A DNA stretch of 64,000 nt from Rhodospirillales bacterium. GTDB taxonomy: Bacteria; Pseudomonadota; Alphaproteobacteria; Rhodospirillales; UBA2165. Positions 46,580-56,154 of the stretch are shown here, piece by piece. The notes below the pieces were generated by a model. It was not told the DNA's origin. It was given only the letters and a program-made list of their open reading frames with translations, and did not search any database. The DNA lies in contig JASLNU010000016.1 in assembly GCA_030745835.1 (NCBI GenBank), forward strand, positions 40,945 to 104,944. The letters run 5' to 3'. Position 1 is the first letter of the stretch, and every line of letters begins with the position of its first letter. The position numbers were made by a program, and so were the translations under genes.

Positions 46580-49500
46580 TTAGGCGGTCGCGCGCATTTC
46601 TATCGCCTGGCCCAGATCGACCGAAACCAGCTGTGAAACGCCCTGTTCGCCCATCGTCACGCCGAACAACCGGTCGACCCGCGCCATCGTCATGCGATGG
46701 TGGGTGATGACCAGGAAACGGGTCGAAAGGGAATGGGCGATTTCCTCGACCAGGGAACAGAAACGGTCGACATTGGCATCGTCCAAGGGCGCGTCGACCT
46801 CATCCAGCACGCAGATCGGCGCCGGATTGGTCAAAAAGACGGCGAACAGCAACGACAGGGCGGTCAGGGCCTGCTCGCCGCCCGATAGCAGCGATAGCAC
46901 CTGCAGGCGCTTGCCCGGCGGACTGGCCATGATCTCGAGCCCGGCTTCCAGGGGATCGTCCGATTCGGTCAAGCTCAGATGGGCGCGGCCGCCGCCGAAC
47001 AGGCGCACGAAAAGTTCCTGAAAATGGGTGTCGACTTCCTTGAACGAGGCTAAGAGGCGCTGCCGTCCCTCGCGGTTCAATTCGTTGATGCCGCGGCGCA
47101 GCTTGTCGATGGCCTGCAACAGATCGGCGCGTTCCGAGACCAGTGTTTCCACCTGTTCGCTCAGTTCCCCGGCCTCGGTCTCGGCGCGAAGGTTCACCGG
47201 GCCCATGTTTTCGCGCTCCCGGATCAGCCGCTCGACGCGCCTTTCGGCGGCTTCCAATTCGGGCGGCTCGGCATCCTCTTTGAGCCCGGAAATCTCGCGC
47301 AATTCACCGGGCTTGGAGCGGAGCCGGTCGGCAATGCGCTCGCCAAGCGCGCCGGCGGCCTGTTTCGCCTGCTCGACGGCGGCTTCGGCGCGCACCCGCG
47401 TCTCGCGCGCGCCGGACAAAACGGCTTCGGCTTCGCGCAGGCGCTTGTCGGCTTCGCCGAGCCGGGTTTCCCCCGCCGCCAGCTTGTCGGCGAAAGCGTT
47501 GCGCTCGGCTTCGGCTTTTTCGGTGCGGTCCAGCAGTTCCGCCCGCCGCCGTTCGATGTCCGATGGCAGATCGGAAAGGCGCGCCAATTCCTGTTCCAGC
47601 GCCTCGCGGCGTTCCGCCAATTGGCCTTGGCGCTCGATGGCGCCGGATTTGCGTTGCTCCCAGGATGCGGCCTCCCGGGTGATGGTTTCAAGCCGCCGGC
47701 GGCGGTCGTCGGCGCGCCGGTTCAGCGTCTCGAAGGCGCTTTGCGCCTCGACAAGCTGGGTGCGCCGCGCCGCGACATCTTCGCGCAGTTCTTTGGCTTC
47801 GGTGCGCACCGGTTCGATATCGGAAAGAGCGCCTTCCTCTTTTGCCGCCTCGGCGAGCGCCGCTTCGGCTTCTTCGATGTCCGAGGCGAGGCGCGCCGCC
47901 GTTTCCTCGCGCGCCGACAGTTTGGATTGCGATTCCGTGGCCCTTTGCCGGACCTGAGCCAGTGCGCCGCGCGCTTCCGATAGCGCGTCCCCGGCGTTGC
48001 GCGCCTTGCTCCGGGCGTCGGCTTCATGGCGCGCGGCCTGCTCGGCGGCGGCACGGGCCGCATCGGCGCTTTCCTTGGCGTCAATGGCAACGCCGCCGGC
48101 ATCGGCCAGCTTTTCGCGCACGCCTTCAAGCCGGTTGCGCTGCTCGAGGCGCACCGCCGCGCCGGTGGGCGCCTCGGCGGCCGCAAAATAGCCATCCCAG
48201 CGCCAGAACGCGCCATCGCGGGTCACCAGCCGTTGGCCCTGGCGCAGCTCGGCAAGCAGGCGCCAACCGGTGTCAAGGTCATCGACGATACCAATTTGCG
48301 CCAGCCGCCGGTTCAAGGCACCCGGCCCTTGGACATGAAGCGACAGCGGCTCGGCGCCGCCCGGCAGCGCCGGCGCATCACCGGCCGGCGCATCAACTTG
48401 ATGCCAGTGCATCGGCGCCGCCTCGTCGGTGGCCGCCGATAAATCGTCGCCAAGCGCCGCCCCCAATGCCGATTCCAGGCCGGCATCGACGGTAATGGCA
48501 TCGACCACCGGCGGCCAAAGATCGGGATCGCCCGTTTCAAGCAGTTCGGCGAGGGCCTTTTCCTCGGCTTCCAGGCGCGCCGCCTCGTTGATCCGGCCCT
48601 GCGCGGTTTCGACGGCTTCATCGGCTGATCCTTGGGATTCGCGGCGGGCGGTTTCGGCGGTCTCGGCGGCGGCGCGGGTGGCCCCTGCCGCTTCCTCGGC
48701 GGCGGCGGCATTTTCTTCCGCCTCGGTAATTTCGGCCGGATCGACGGCGGCGGTGCGCAATTCGGAAACCTGCGCGCCCAACTCGTCCTGGCTTTGCCGC
48801 AAGCGTTCCATGCGCCCGGTCAATTCGAAGCGCCGCCGCGAAAGATCGGTCCGGCGGGCTTCCAGGCCGGCCAGTTTTTCGGTCAATTTGGATAGGCTGC
48901 TTTCAGCGCTTTGCGTCTCGCCGCGCCGGGATTCAAGATGGGCTTCGGCTTCGGCGATCAGTTCTTCTTCATCCTTGCCGACGCCGCCGATTTCAGCCTC
49001 TTCCGAGCCGAGGCGGGATATCGCCTGCTCGGCGTCGCCGGCGAGGGCCGCCTCGCGGCTGGTATCCTCGGTGATCTGTTCGAGCCTCGCTTCGCCATCC
49101 CGGCGCGCGGCCTCAAGGCGTTCGCCTTCCTCTTCCAAATTTTCGCGGGCGATGGTCAGGCGTTGCAGCGCCGCCGCCGCCGCCGCTTCGTCGTTGCGCA
49201 GCTCGGGCAGCCCCGATGCCGCCTCGGCCTGTTCGGTGGCGGCACGGGTCGCGGCCCCGGTGGCTTCGCCAACCTCGCGCTCGACCTCGGCCAGGCCCTG
49301 CTCGGCGGCCTGCAATTCCTCGGCGGCGTTGTTCCACAGAATAAGAAACAGGGTGGCTTCCGCCTTGCGCACATGGTCGTTGAGGTTGCGGTAGCGGGTT
49401 GCCTGGCGGACCTGTTTCTTGAGGCTCTGCATCTGGGCTTCCAGGGTCACCAGGATATCGTCCAGGCGTTCCAGGTTGGTATCGGCGCCGCGCAGGCGCA

Positions 49501-50044
49501 ACTCGGCTTCGTGGCGCCTGGAATGAAGTCCGGTTATGCCCGCCGCTTCCTCCAGGAGCTTGCGCCGTTGCGTCGGTTTGGCGGCTATCACCTCGCCGAT
49601 ATGGCCCTGGCCAACCAGCGCCGTCGAGCGGGCGCCCGAAACCTGATCGGCGAACAGCAATTGCACGTCGCGGGCGCGCACTTCCTTGGAATTGACCCGG
49701 TAGGTGGAGCCTTTTTCGCGCTCGATCCGGCGGCTGATTTCCAGTGTATCGGTTTCGTTGAACTCGCCCGGCGCGTCGCGCTCCGAATTGTCCATGGTTA
49801 AGAGAACCTCGGCAATATTGCGCGCCGGCCGGTTCGCGGTTCCCGAGAAGATCACATCATCCATTTCGCCGCCGCGCATCTGCTTGGCCGAGGTTTCGCC
49901 CATCACCCATTTCAGGCTTTCGACGATGTTCGACTTGCCGCAGCCATTGGGCCCGACGACGCCGGTCAGGCCGGGCTGGATATCCAGCTCGGTCGCATTG
50001 ACGAAGGATTTGAATCCGGTGAGCTTTATTTTGCTGAATTGCAC
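46580..50044 (-). CDS. smc: Chromosome partition protein Smc
   Basis: 1154 aa. N-terminal Walker A 'GPNGCGKSN', long coiled coils, C-terminal signature 'LSGGEQALTALSLLFA' and Walker B 'VLDEVDAPLD'. Confidence 0.95.
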   Translation of the reverse strand: MQFSKIKLTGFKSFVNATELDIQPGLTGVVGPNGCGKSNIVESLKWVMGETSAKQMRGGEMDDVIFSGTANRPARNIAEVLLTMDNSERDAPGEFNETDTLEISRRIEREKGSTYRVNSKEVRARDVQLLFADQVSGARSTALVGQGHIGEVIAAKPTQRRKLLEEAAGITGLHSRRHEAELRLRGADTNLERLDDILVTLEAQMQSLKKQVRQATRYRNLNDHVRKAEATLFLILWNNAAEELQAAEQGLAEVEREVGEATGAATRAATEQAEAASGLPELRNDEAAAAAALQRLTIARENLEEEGERLEAARRDGEARLEQITEDTSREAALAGDAEQAISRLGSEEAEIGGVGKDEEELIAEAEAHLESRRGETQSAESSLSKLTEKLAGLEARRTDLSRRRFELTGRMERLRQSQDELGAQVSELRTAAVDPAEITEAEENAAAAEEAAGATRAAAETAETARRESQGSADEAVETAQGRINEAARLEAEEKALAELLETGDPDLWPPVVDAITVDAGLESALGAALGDDLSAATDEAAPMHWHQVDAPAGDAPALPGGAEPLSLHVQGPGALNRRLAQIGIVDDLDTGWRLLAELRQGQRLVTRDGAFWRWDGYFAAAEAPTGAAVRLEQRNRLEGVREKLADAGGVAIDAKESADAARAAAEQAARHEADARSKARNAGDALSEARGALAQVRQRATESQSKLSAREETAARLASDIEEAEAALAEAAKEEGALSDIEPVRTEAKELREDVAARRTQLVEAQSAFETLNRRADDRRRRLETITREAASWEQRKSGAIERQGQLAERREALEQELARLSDLPSDIERRRAELLDRTEKAEAERNAFADKLAAGETRLGEADKRLREAEAVLSGARETRVRAEAAVEQAKQAAGALGERIADRLRSKPGELREISGLKEDAEPPELEAAERRVERLIRERENMGPVNLRAETEAGELSEQVETLVSERADLLQAIDKLRRGINELNREGRQRLLASFKEVDTHFQELFVRLFGGGRAHLSLTESDDPLEAGLEIMASPPGKRLQVLSLLSGGEQALTALSLLFAVFLTNPAPICVLDEVDAPLDDANVDRFCSLVEEIAHSLSTRFLVITHHRMTMARVDRLFGVTMGEQGVSQLVSVDLGQAIEMRATA

Positions 50045-50074
50045 CTTGTCGCCGCCCCCGCGTTCCCGGCCGCC

Positions 50075-50707
50075 CTATTTGCCAGCCTTGGCGATCGCAT
50101 TGTCGAGCACCTTGCGCAGCCTTGCCGCCGTCAGCTCGCCCTCGATGATACGATCATTGAGAAACATCGTCGGTGTGCCTTCGACTTTCCACTTATTGGT
50201 GCCGGTGGTGCGGCTTTTGATAATGCTGTCGTAAAGCTCCCGGTTGGTAAGGCAGGCATCGAAGGTTTTTTGCGAAATCCCCGCAAGGCGGCCGAGCTGC
50301 GCCAACGCCGCCGCCGGGTTGGCCGCCCGCGCCCAGTTCGATTGCGAGCGGTAGAGAATCTCGATCATCGGGAAATAGCGCTCCTTGGCGGCGCAACGGG
50401 CCAGCATCGATCCCGCCTCGGCCAGCTGGTCGAGTGGGAAGTCCCGGTAGATCAGGCGCACCTTGCCGGTATCGATATATTCCTTCTTGATTTGAACCAG
50501 GGCGCCGGTGTGCAGCGCGGCGCAATGCGAGCAAGTCAGCGATGCGTACTCGATCAAGGTTACCGGCGCATCGGCGCGGCCCATCACCTTTTCGCCGAGC
50601 ATGATATCCTTGGGCGGCAGGTTCTGCGCCCGGGCCGTGAACGCGATGAGCGCCAGCACCACGGCGATACCGATAGTTTTACCTGATTTCACTATATGTT
50701 TGGGCAT
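50075..50707 (-). CDS. DsbA-family thiol:disulfide oxidoreductase
   Basis: I prefer the ATG at 50707 (GGGAGG upstream), which gives a signal/anchor segment. Active site 'CSHC'. Confidence 0.8.
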   Translation of the reverse strand: MPKHIVKSGKTIGIAVVLALIAFTARAQNLPPKDIMLGEKVMGRADAPVTLIEYASLTCSHCAALHTGALVQIKKEYIDTGKVRLIYRDFPLDQLAEAGSMLARCAAKERYFPMIEILYRSQSNWARAANPAAALAQLGRLAGISQKTFDACLTNRELYDSIIKSRTTGTNKWKVEGTPTMFLNDRIIEGELTAARLRKVLDNAIAKAGK

Positions 50708-50827
50708 TACGCCTCCCACCCACAATATGTTGACGAATATAATCCCCGATTCCGCGCTCGACAAGCGGCTAGAGTGCATTGGGCACGAATAGGATTAATT
50801 TAATTAGGCACAGAGATTGTCGCGGTT

Positions 50828-51319
50828 CTACGCCTTCTTGGCGGCATTGCGCGCCTGCACGCCCTCGCCCAAGGCCTGCAATGCGTCTCTAAGTTCGGGA
50901 TCGGTGATGCCGCTCAGGCGCGCAGCCAGCGCCGCCCGGCCGGCGCTGTCGATGACCGGTTCGGGCTTGTTTCGCGATTTCTTAAGGCGTGGAATCGGCC
51001 CGTGGAGGATGCGCACCCGCCCGACCGCGCCATAGCCGAAATGGCTGTTGATGCGCTCGATAATCTGCGGCTCCAGGTGCTGGATCTCAAGCGCCAGGGC
51101 CGAACTTTCGACGCGCAGGTGCAGCGTGCCGCCGCGCCGGCTCTGCCCGGGATAGGATATCCGTTCGGGGAAACTGGCACTGGCCAGCGCACTGCCCATA
51201 ATCTCGGCCCAATGATCGACGATACCGGCGGCGGCGAAGCCGCGGCGGGCGAAGATCGGCCGCGTCAGCCTGTCGATGCTGGTGCTGATGGCGCGGACCT
51301 GATGGCGTTTCACGGTCAT
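50828..51319 (-). CDS. DUF721 (DciA-like) protein
   Basis: 163 aa. The N-terminal half ('...GTLHLRVESSALALEIQHLEPQIIERIN') matches my recollection of DUF721 proteins, which are often found next to mutY in alphaproteobacteria. Confidence 0.5.
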   Translation of the reverse strand: MTVKRHQVRAISTSIDRLTRPIFARRGFAAAGIVDHWAEIMGSALASASFPERISYPGQSRRGGTLHLRVESSALALEIQHLEPQIIERINSHFGYGAVGRVRILHGPIPRLKKSRNKPEPVIDSAGRAALAARLSGITDPELRDALQALGEGVQARNAAKKA

Positions 51320-51402
51320 CGCAACAGGGTAGGGCGCGCCGGACCCGAGGGCAAATCAATTTGGCGTGGCGGTGCCCTTGAATATTTGTTACCCCCAACG
51401 GC

Positions 51403-52476
51403 ATGGACCAGAAATCGATCTTGACGGCCTCGGCCCGCCTGCTCGCCTGGTACGACGCCAACCGGCGTGCCTTGCCCTGGCGGGCGGCGCCCGGCACGGC
51501 GCCGGACCCCTATCATGTCTGGCTGAGCGAGATCATGTTGCAGCAAACCACGGTCGCCGCCGTGACGCCCTATTTCGATTATTTCATAGAACGCTGGCCG
51601 CACATCGGCGCCCTGGCGGATGCCTCCCTCGACGAGGTGCTGCACGCCTGGCAGGGGCTCGGATATTATGCGCGGGCGCGCAACCTGCATAAGTGCGCCG
51701 GTATTGTCGGGCGCCAACTGGGCGGGCGTTTTCCCGCCGATGAGGCCGCCCTCCGCCGGCTGCCGGGCATCGGCCCCTATACGGCGGCGGCGCTGGCGGC
51801 GATCGCCTTCGGCCTGCCGGCGGCGCCGGTGGACGGCAATATCGAACGGGTTATCGCCCGCCTGTTCGCCCTCGCGGCGCCGCTGCCCAAGGCCAAGCCG
51901 CGGATCAAACGCCTCGCCGAAAACCTGACACCGGAAAGCCGCGCCGGCGACCATGCCCAGGCGATGATGGATCTCGGCGCCGGCATCTGTACGCCGAAGC
52001 GGCCCGAATGCGGTTGCTGCCCGCTGGCCATGGATTGCGCCGCCAGGGCCGCCGGCAAGGCCGAGGCCTATCCCCGGAAAGGCCCGAAAAAACCCAAACC
52101 GACGCGCCGCGGCTGGGTCTTCTGGGCGCGCGACGATACGGGCCGTGTGCTGATCCGGCGGCGGCCGGAAGCCGGGCTGCTCGGCGGTATGATGGAGTTC
52201 CCGTCCACCGATTGGATCGAGGCGCCGCCAAGCGAGGTCACCCAGGACGCCGCTACGGCATCGGCGCCGCTGCCGGCCGAGTGGCGCCGGCTGCCGGGCC
52301 TGGTGCGCCACAGCTTCACCCACTTTCATCTGGAATTGGGCGTCCTATCGGGTGAATGCGCATCGCCGGTGGGTGAAGGCACCTGGTGCGCCGTCGAGAA
52401 ATTGGGTGAACACGCACTGCCGAATCTAATGAAAAAGGTGGCCCGCCACGCCATTCAACATGCTGAACCGCTCTAA
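51403..52476 (+). CDS. mutY: A/G-specific adenine glycosylase MutY
   Basis: 357 aa with 'PYHVWLSEIMLQQT', HhH-GPD 'LPGIGPYTAAA', an Fe-S loop 'CTPKRPECGCCPLAMDC' and a C-terminal NUDIX-like domain. Confidence 0.9.
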   Translation: MDQKSILTASARLLAWYDANRRALPWRAAPGTAPDPYHVWLSEIMLQQTTVAAVTPYFDYFIERWPHIGALADASLDEVLHAWQGLGYYARARNLHKCAGIVGRQLGGRFPADEAALRRLPGIGPYTAAALAAIAFGLPAAPVDGNIERVIARLFALAAPLPKAKPRIKRLAENLTPESRAGDHAQAMMDLGAGICTPKRPECGCCPLAMDCAARAAGKAEAYPRKGPKKPKPTRRGWVFWARDDTGRVLIRRRPEAGLLGGMMEFPSTDWIEAPPSEVTQDAATASAPLPAEWRRLPGLVRHSFTHFHLELGVLSGECASPVGEGTWCAVEKLGEHALPNLMKKVARHAIQHAEPL

Positions 52477-53690
52477 ACGTTGACGTTGATGGTGGCGCCG
52501 AGCACCGCCTCGGCGGACGCCTTGGTGTCGGGCGCGGTGGGGTTGTCCTGCGCCAGCACCAGGGTGTGAACCAGGGTGTTGCCGCGCGCCGCGAGCAAGG
52601 CGAAATTGAATTTCACCACCTGGAATTCCAATTGCGCGGCCAGTAGGTCCGCCTGCCGGTCGCTTTCGATATCCTCGGCGATGTCGGCGATTTCCGATTC
52701 GAGGCCGCCGATCAGGCTGTCGAAGACGGTGGCCCTGGATCGCAGCGTCGCCCGGTCGTCGAGGAATTGCGCCTCGGTCAGGAGGATAATCGATTCGGCC
52801 TCGTTGAGATCGTCCTTGGCGCGGTCGATGGCGGTCTGATTGCCGAAATCCTCGTACAGCCAGGCATCCAAAACCCCGAGCCCGCCCTTGGTCAGGGTGC
52901 CGGTGATGTTGGTGTTGTCCGACAGGTCGAAATCGACGGCGCCGGTGGCGGTGTTGATGCTGTTGAGGGTGATGTCGGTGACCGCGTCGGTGGTGCCGGT
53001 GGCGGTGTCCGGGTAGCTGGAATATTCGCTCAAGGTGCCGACCGTATCCTCGCTTGCCGCAAAGCCGGTGTCCGAATTCCAGAAATCGCCGCTGCCGTCC
53101 TCGGTGATATAGTAATCGGTGCCCAGGTAAACGCCATCGATCTGCACCGTATCGCCTCTGGAATTATAGGGCGCGAACAGGGTTTGCGTGGCGAACGAGG
53201 AACGCGATAGGGATTCGATCAGGTTCTTCTGGAAATAGACGCCGCCGTCCTTGAACAACTCGGCGCCGGCGCTGGCCAGCTGGTTGATCTTGCGCAGCTT
53301 GTTGTCCCAATCGACGGCCAGCGAAGCGGCGGTGATGTCGCCGTTTTCCAGATCGGTGATCTGGTCCTCCAGATAGGTGATATGGTTTTTCAAATAGGCG
53401 ATCTGGTCGAAAGCCTGATTGATGACGCCGATGGCGTCGTTGATGCGGTCCTTGCGGCTGATCAGTTGCGACTGCTGGCGCAACAGCGCTTCGCTGATCG
53501 GCGAGGTGGCGGCGCGGTCGAGCTGGGCCAGCGCCGCATCGATGCGCGATGTGAACTGATCGGTAAGGCTCTGGGCGGCCAGCGACTGCGCCGTCCCCCT
53601 GGACAGCACAAGCACCCGGTCGGTGGTGTTGATGCCGCCCGATAGGGTATTGACGATAGTGATCGCCGGATCAAATGCCGCTACGGCCAT
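52473..53690 (-). CDS. Hypothetical protein with flagellin-like architecture (helical N- and C-termini, Thr/Asp/Gly-rich centre)
   Basis: I prefer the ATG at 53690 (AGGAGG 11 nt upstream). 'NDAIGVINQAFDQIAYLKNHITYLEDQITDLENG' and C-terminal 'AIDRAKDDLNEAESIILLTEAQFLDDRATLRSR...' loosely parallel flagellin D1/D0 segments. This is not a confident family call. Confidence 0.3.
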   Translation of the reverse strand: MAVAAFDPAITIVNTLSGGINTTDRVLVLSRGTAQSLAAQSLTDQFTSRIDAALAQLDRAATSPISEALLRQQSQLISRKDRINDAIGVINQAFDQIAYLKNHITYLEDQITDLENGDITAASLAVDWDNKLRKINQLASAGAELFKDGGVYFQKNLIESLSRSSFATQTLFAPYNSRGDTVQIDGVYLGTDYYITEDGSGDFWNSDTGFAASEDTVGTLSEYSSYPDTATGTTDAVTDITLNSINTATGAVDFDLSDNTNITGTLTKGGLGVLDAWLYEDFGNQTAIDRAKDDLNEAESIILLTEAQFLDDRATLRSRATVFDSLIGGLESEIADIAEDIESDRQADLLAAQLEFQVVKFNFALLAARGNTLVHTLVLAQDNPTAPDTKASAEAVLGATINVNV

Positions 53691-53864
53691 GCGTTCCCGA
53701 CCTCCTGTCGGACCACAAAGCGTCATATTTCAGGGCGCCGGTTCGGGACATTCTATCCCTCGATAAGAAACCCGGCGTCCGCGCTGGTGCCTTCTTGTAT
53801 ATCATATTGGCATGCTTCGGCGCAATGTCGAGCCCTAAAAACGCCTATTTCAGGCGCTTTTGCA

Positions 53865-54473
53865 TCAGAGGTCGACCCCCCGGCGCTCGAGGGCCCGGCG
53901 CCACATGGTTTTCGGATTAGCGCCGAATATCATGCCCCTGTCGGCGGCCACGATGACCCAGTCCTTGCGTTTCAGCTCGCCCTCCAACTGGCCGGCGCCC
54001 CAGCCCGAATAGCCGAAGAACAGCACCGATTTTTCGGGCCGCGCGCCGGCGGCGAAGGCATCCAGGATTTCCCGCCCCGATGAGACCGCGAGGCCGCCCT
54101 GTCGGCAGATCGAGGTGCCGGCGCTGAATTCGGCGGTGTGCAGGATGAAGCCGACATCCACGTGCACAGGCCCGCCGAGGCGAAACTGCATGACCCCCTC
54201 GGCCTTGCCCGGCGCGACGCTGAACGAGCGCAGCATATCGGCCATCGAAACCTTCCCGCCCGCCCGGTTGAGGATCAGCCCGAAGGCGCCGTCCGCATCA
54301 TGCTTGCAAAGATAGATCACGGTTTTGGCAAAATTGGAATCGGCCATGCGCGGGCTGGCGACCAGGAATTTTCCGGCCAGCGAGGCTTCTTCCGCCATTG
54401 CCGGCATGGTGGCGGCAAGGAGAATCACCAGGCAGGGCGCTGCCATCGATCCAATAAAACGCCGTAAGGTCAT
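53865..54473 (-). CDS. yqgE: YqgE/AlgH-family (UPF0301) protein
   Basis: The internal ATG at 54473 gives 202 aa. 'GKFLVASPRMADSNFAKTVIYLCKHDADGAFGLILNR' and 'GYSGWGAGQLEGEL' are family hallmarks. The rest of the 542-aa track ORF is antisense to the neighbouring gene. Confidence 0.8.
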   Translation of the reverse strand: MTLRRFIGSMAAPCLVILLAATMPAMAEEASLAGKFLVASPRMADSNFAKTVIYLCKHDADGAFGLILNRAGGKVSMADMLRSFSVAPGKAEGVMQFRLGGPVHVDVGFILHTAEFSAGTSICRQGGLAVSSGREILDAFAAGARPEKSVLFFGYSGWGAGQLEGELKRKDWVIVAADRGMIFGANPKTMWRRALERRGVDL

Positions 54474-54557
54474 CTTCGGTTCCCGGCATTCTTTCGTTAA
54501 CCGTCGGGCAGTATAGTCTGGCGGGTAGCAATAATGAAGTAGAGCCTCGAGGCGGCC

Positions 54558-55397
54558 ATGAGCATCGATACAGCAGATAAATTGTTCGGCGCCCCGGCGC
54601 TTGGCGACTACGCCATGCGGGGCGTGGAAAGCGTGCCCGGCATGCTGCAAAGCGGCTCGGTCTCGGTCCTCTGGTCGCTGATCGAATTGCAGGACGAGTT
54701 CGGCATCGGCGGCGATGTCGCCGAAATCGGCGTCCACCACGGCCGCCTGTTCATCATGCTCTGCCTGGCCCTCAATGCCGGCGAGCGCGCCTACGCCCTC
54801 GATATCTTCGGCGATCCGCCGGGCAGCCACGCGGAAGACCGGGACCGGTTTGTTGCCAATCTGGCGCGCTTCGGCATCGGCCCGGATCATTTCGAGCTGG
54901 CCGTCCAGGACAGCCGCGCCATCACCCCCGGCGCCTGGCCTCATATGACAGAGGCGGCGGGCAATATCCGGCTGATCAGCGTCGATGGCGATCACCGCCG
55001 GGACGGGGTGCTGCATGACCTGGCGCTGGCCGGGGCGGCCTTGAACCAGGGCGGCGTGATCATCGCCGATGACCTCTTCAATCCCTGGTATCCGACGGTG
55101 ACCGAAGCCATCTATGATTTCTTCCGTGGACCTTGCGGCGATCTGCAGCCGGTCGCCTTCATCGCCGCCAACGGCCCGGTCGAAACCGGCGCCGCCAAGC
55201 TCCTGATCGGGCGCGCCAGCCACGCGCCCCGCTACAAGGCCGGCCTCAAGCTCCTCAACCAGGACGACCTCAAACATTGCGACGCCTTCGCCGGCCACGC
55301 CGACGTGCCCAGCTTCTTCTTCGCCGGCCAACCCAGCCGCCGCCCCCTGGACGGTGCCATGCGGGAAATCTTGCGGGATATTACACACGGGGAATAG
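54558..55397 (+). CDS. Class I SAM-dependent methyltransferase-like protein
   Basis: 279 aa. 'VAEIGVHHGRLFIML' (GxG-like SAM loop) and 'VDGDHRRDGVLHDL' resemble the Methyltransf_24-type fold. Confidence 0.5.
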   Translation: MSIDTADKLFGAPALGDYAMRGVESVPGMLQSGSVSVLWSLIELQDEFGIGGDVAEIGVHHGRLFIMLCLALNAGERAYALDIFGDPPGSHAEDRDRFVANLARFGIGPDHFELAVQDSRAITPGAWPHMTEAAGNIRLISVDGDHRRDGVLHDLALAGAALNQGGVIIADDLFNPWYPTVTEAIYDFFRGPCGDLQPVAFIAANGPVETGAAKLLIGRASHAPRYKAGLKLLNQDDLKHCDAFAGHADVPSFFFAGQPSRRPLDGAMREILRDITHGE

Positions 55398-56154
55398 CCC
55401 GGCTGGGGATGGCCCAACGACACAGCCCGGCTGGGGATGGCCGGGTCGGCCAGCCGGGCGTTGATCTAGGCACCTGTCTATGTGAAGTGCCAAGCCCTGG
55501 CTCGCTAATTAGGACAGGTGCCAAGTTTGACGCCCGCATGGCCAACCCGGCCACGCCTGAGCGGGTTGCTTCGTTAAAGTGCGACACATTTCGGCGAAAA
55601 CGGGCATAGGCATTATGGGCTTTTATAGGCATTTATTGGCTTTTTCAGGCTTTTGAACCGCCGAGGCGATGAGGCGGCGAGGTACGGGGAAAACCGCAAA
55701 CAGCGCCGTCATACCCCGACTTGATCGGGGTATCCAGAGGGGCAGCGGAGTATCCTGGATCACCCGATCATCTGTTTAGACCGGAGACATAGCTGACAGG
55801 TGTTCGGAGAGATGGTTGACACATTCCGGCGAAATCCACCATACCGGATCACCATCATTGCTATCGGTTCATACCGTTTCATACCCTTTTGTCCCCCGCG
55901 CGCGGCGGCGCACCCCCGGCCAAACCGCAAGCAACCGAGGCCCGCAATCCCTGTTCCTTATTGAACATTCACGATGTCGGAGCGCAGAAATATAATATAG
56001 AACAAAAATAGAACAATTGCAAGGAAATTCGACATCTCGCATGTCCGGTCCCGATGACGTTTTCGGTCCATTTCCCGTTTACCGTTTGATTTATTGCCTG
56101 ATTCTCAACTTCGTTTAATATCACGGTTACAGCTAATGTTCTCCGGGGAGGACG

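Noticed and set aside
47028-49394. Ser/Ala/Arg-rich plus-strand ORFs (309 and 321 aa) and many shorter ones
   Set aside because: They are antisense to the smc coiled-coil region. Their low-complexity translation mirrors the Glu/Ala/Arg-rich sense frame.
54474-55493. N-terminal 340 aa of the 542-aa minus-strand ORF 53865-55493
   Set aside because: This part is antisense to the methyltransferase-like gene and has no motifs. The YqgE homology begins only after the internal ATG at 54473.
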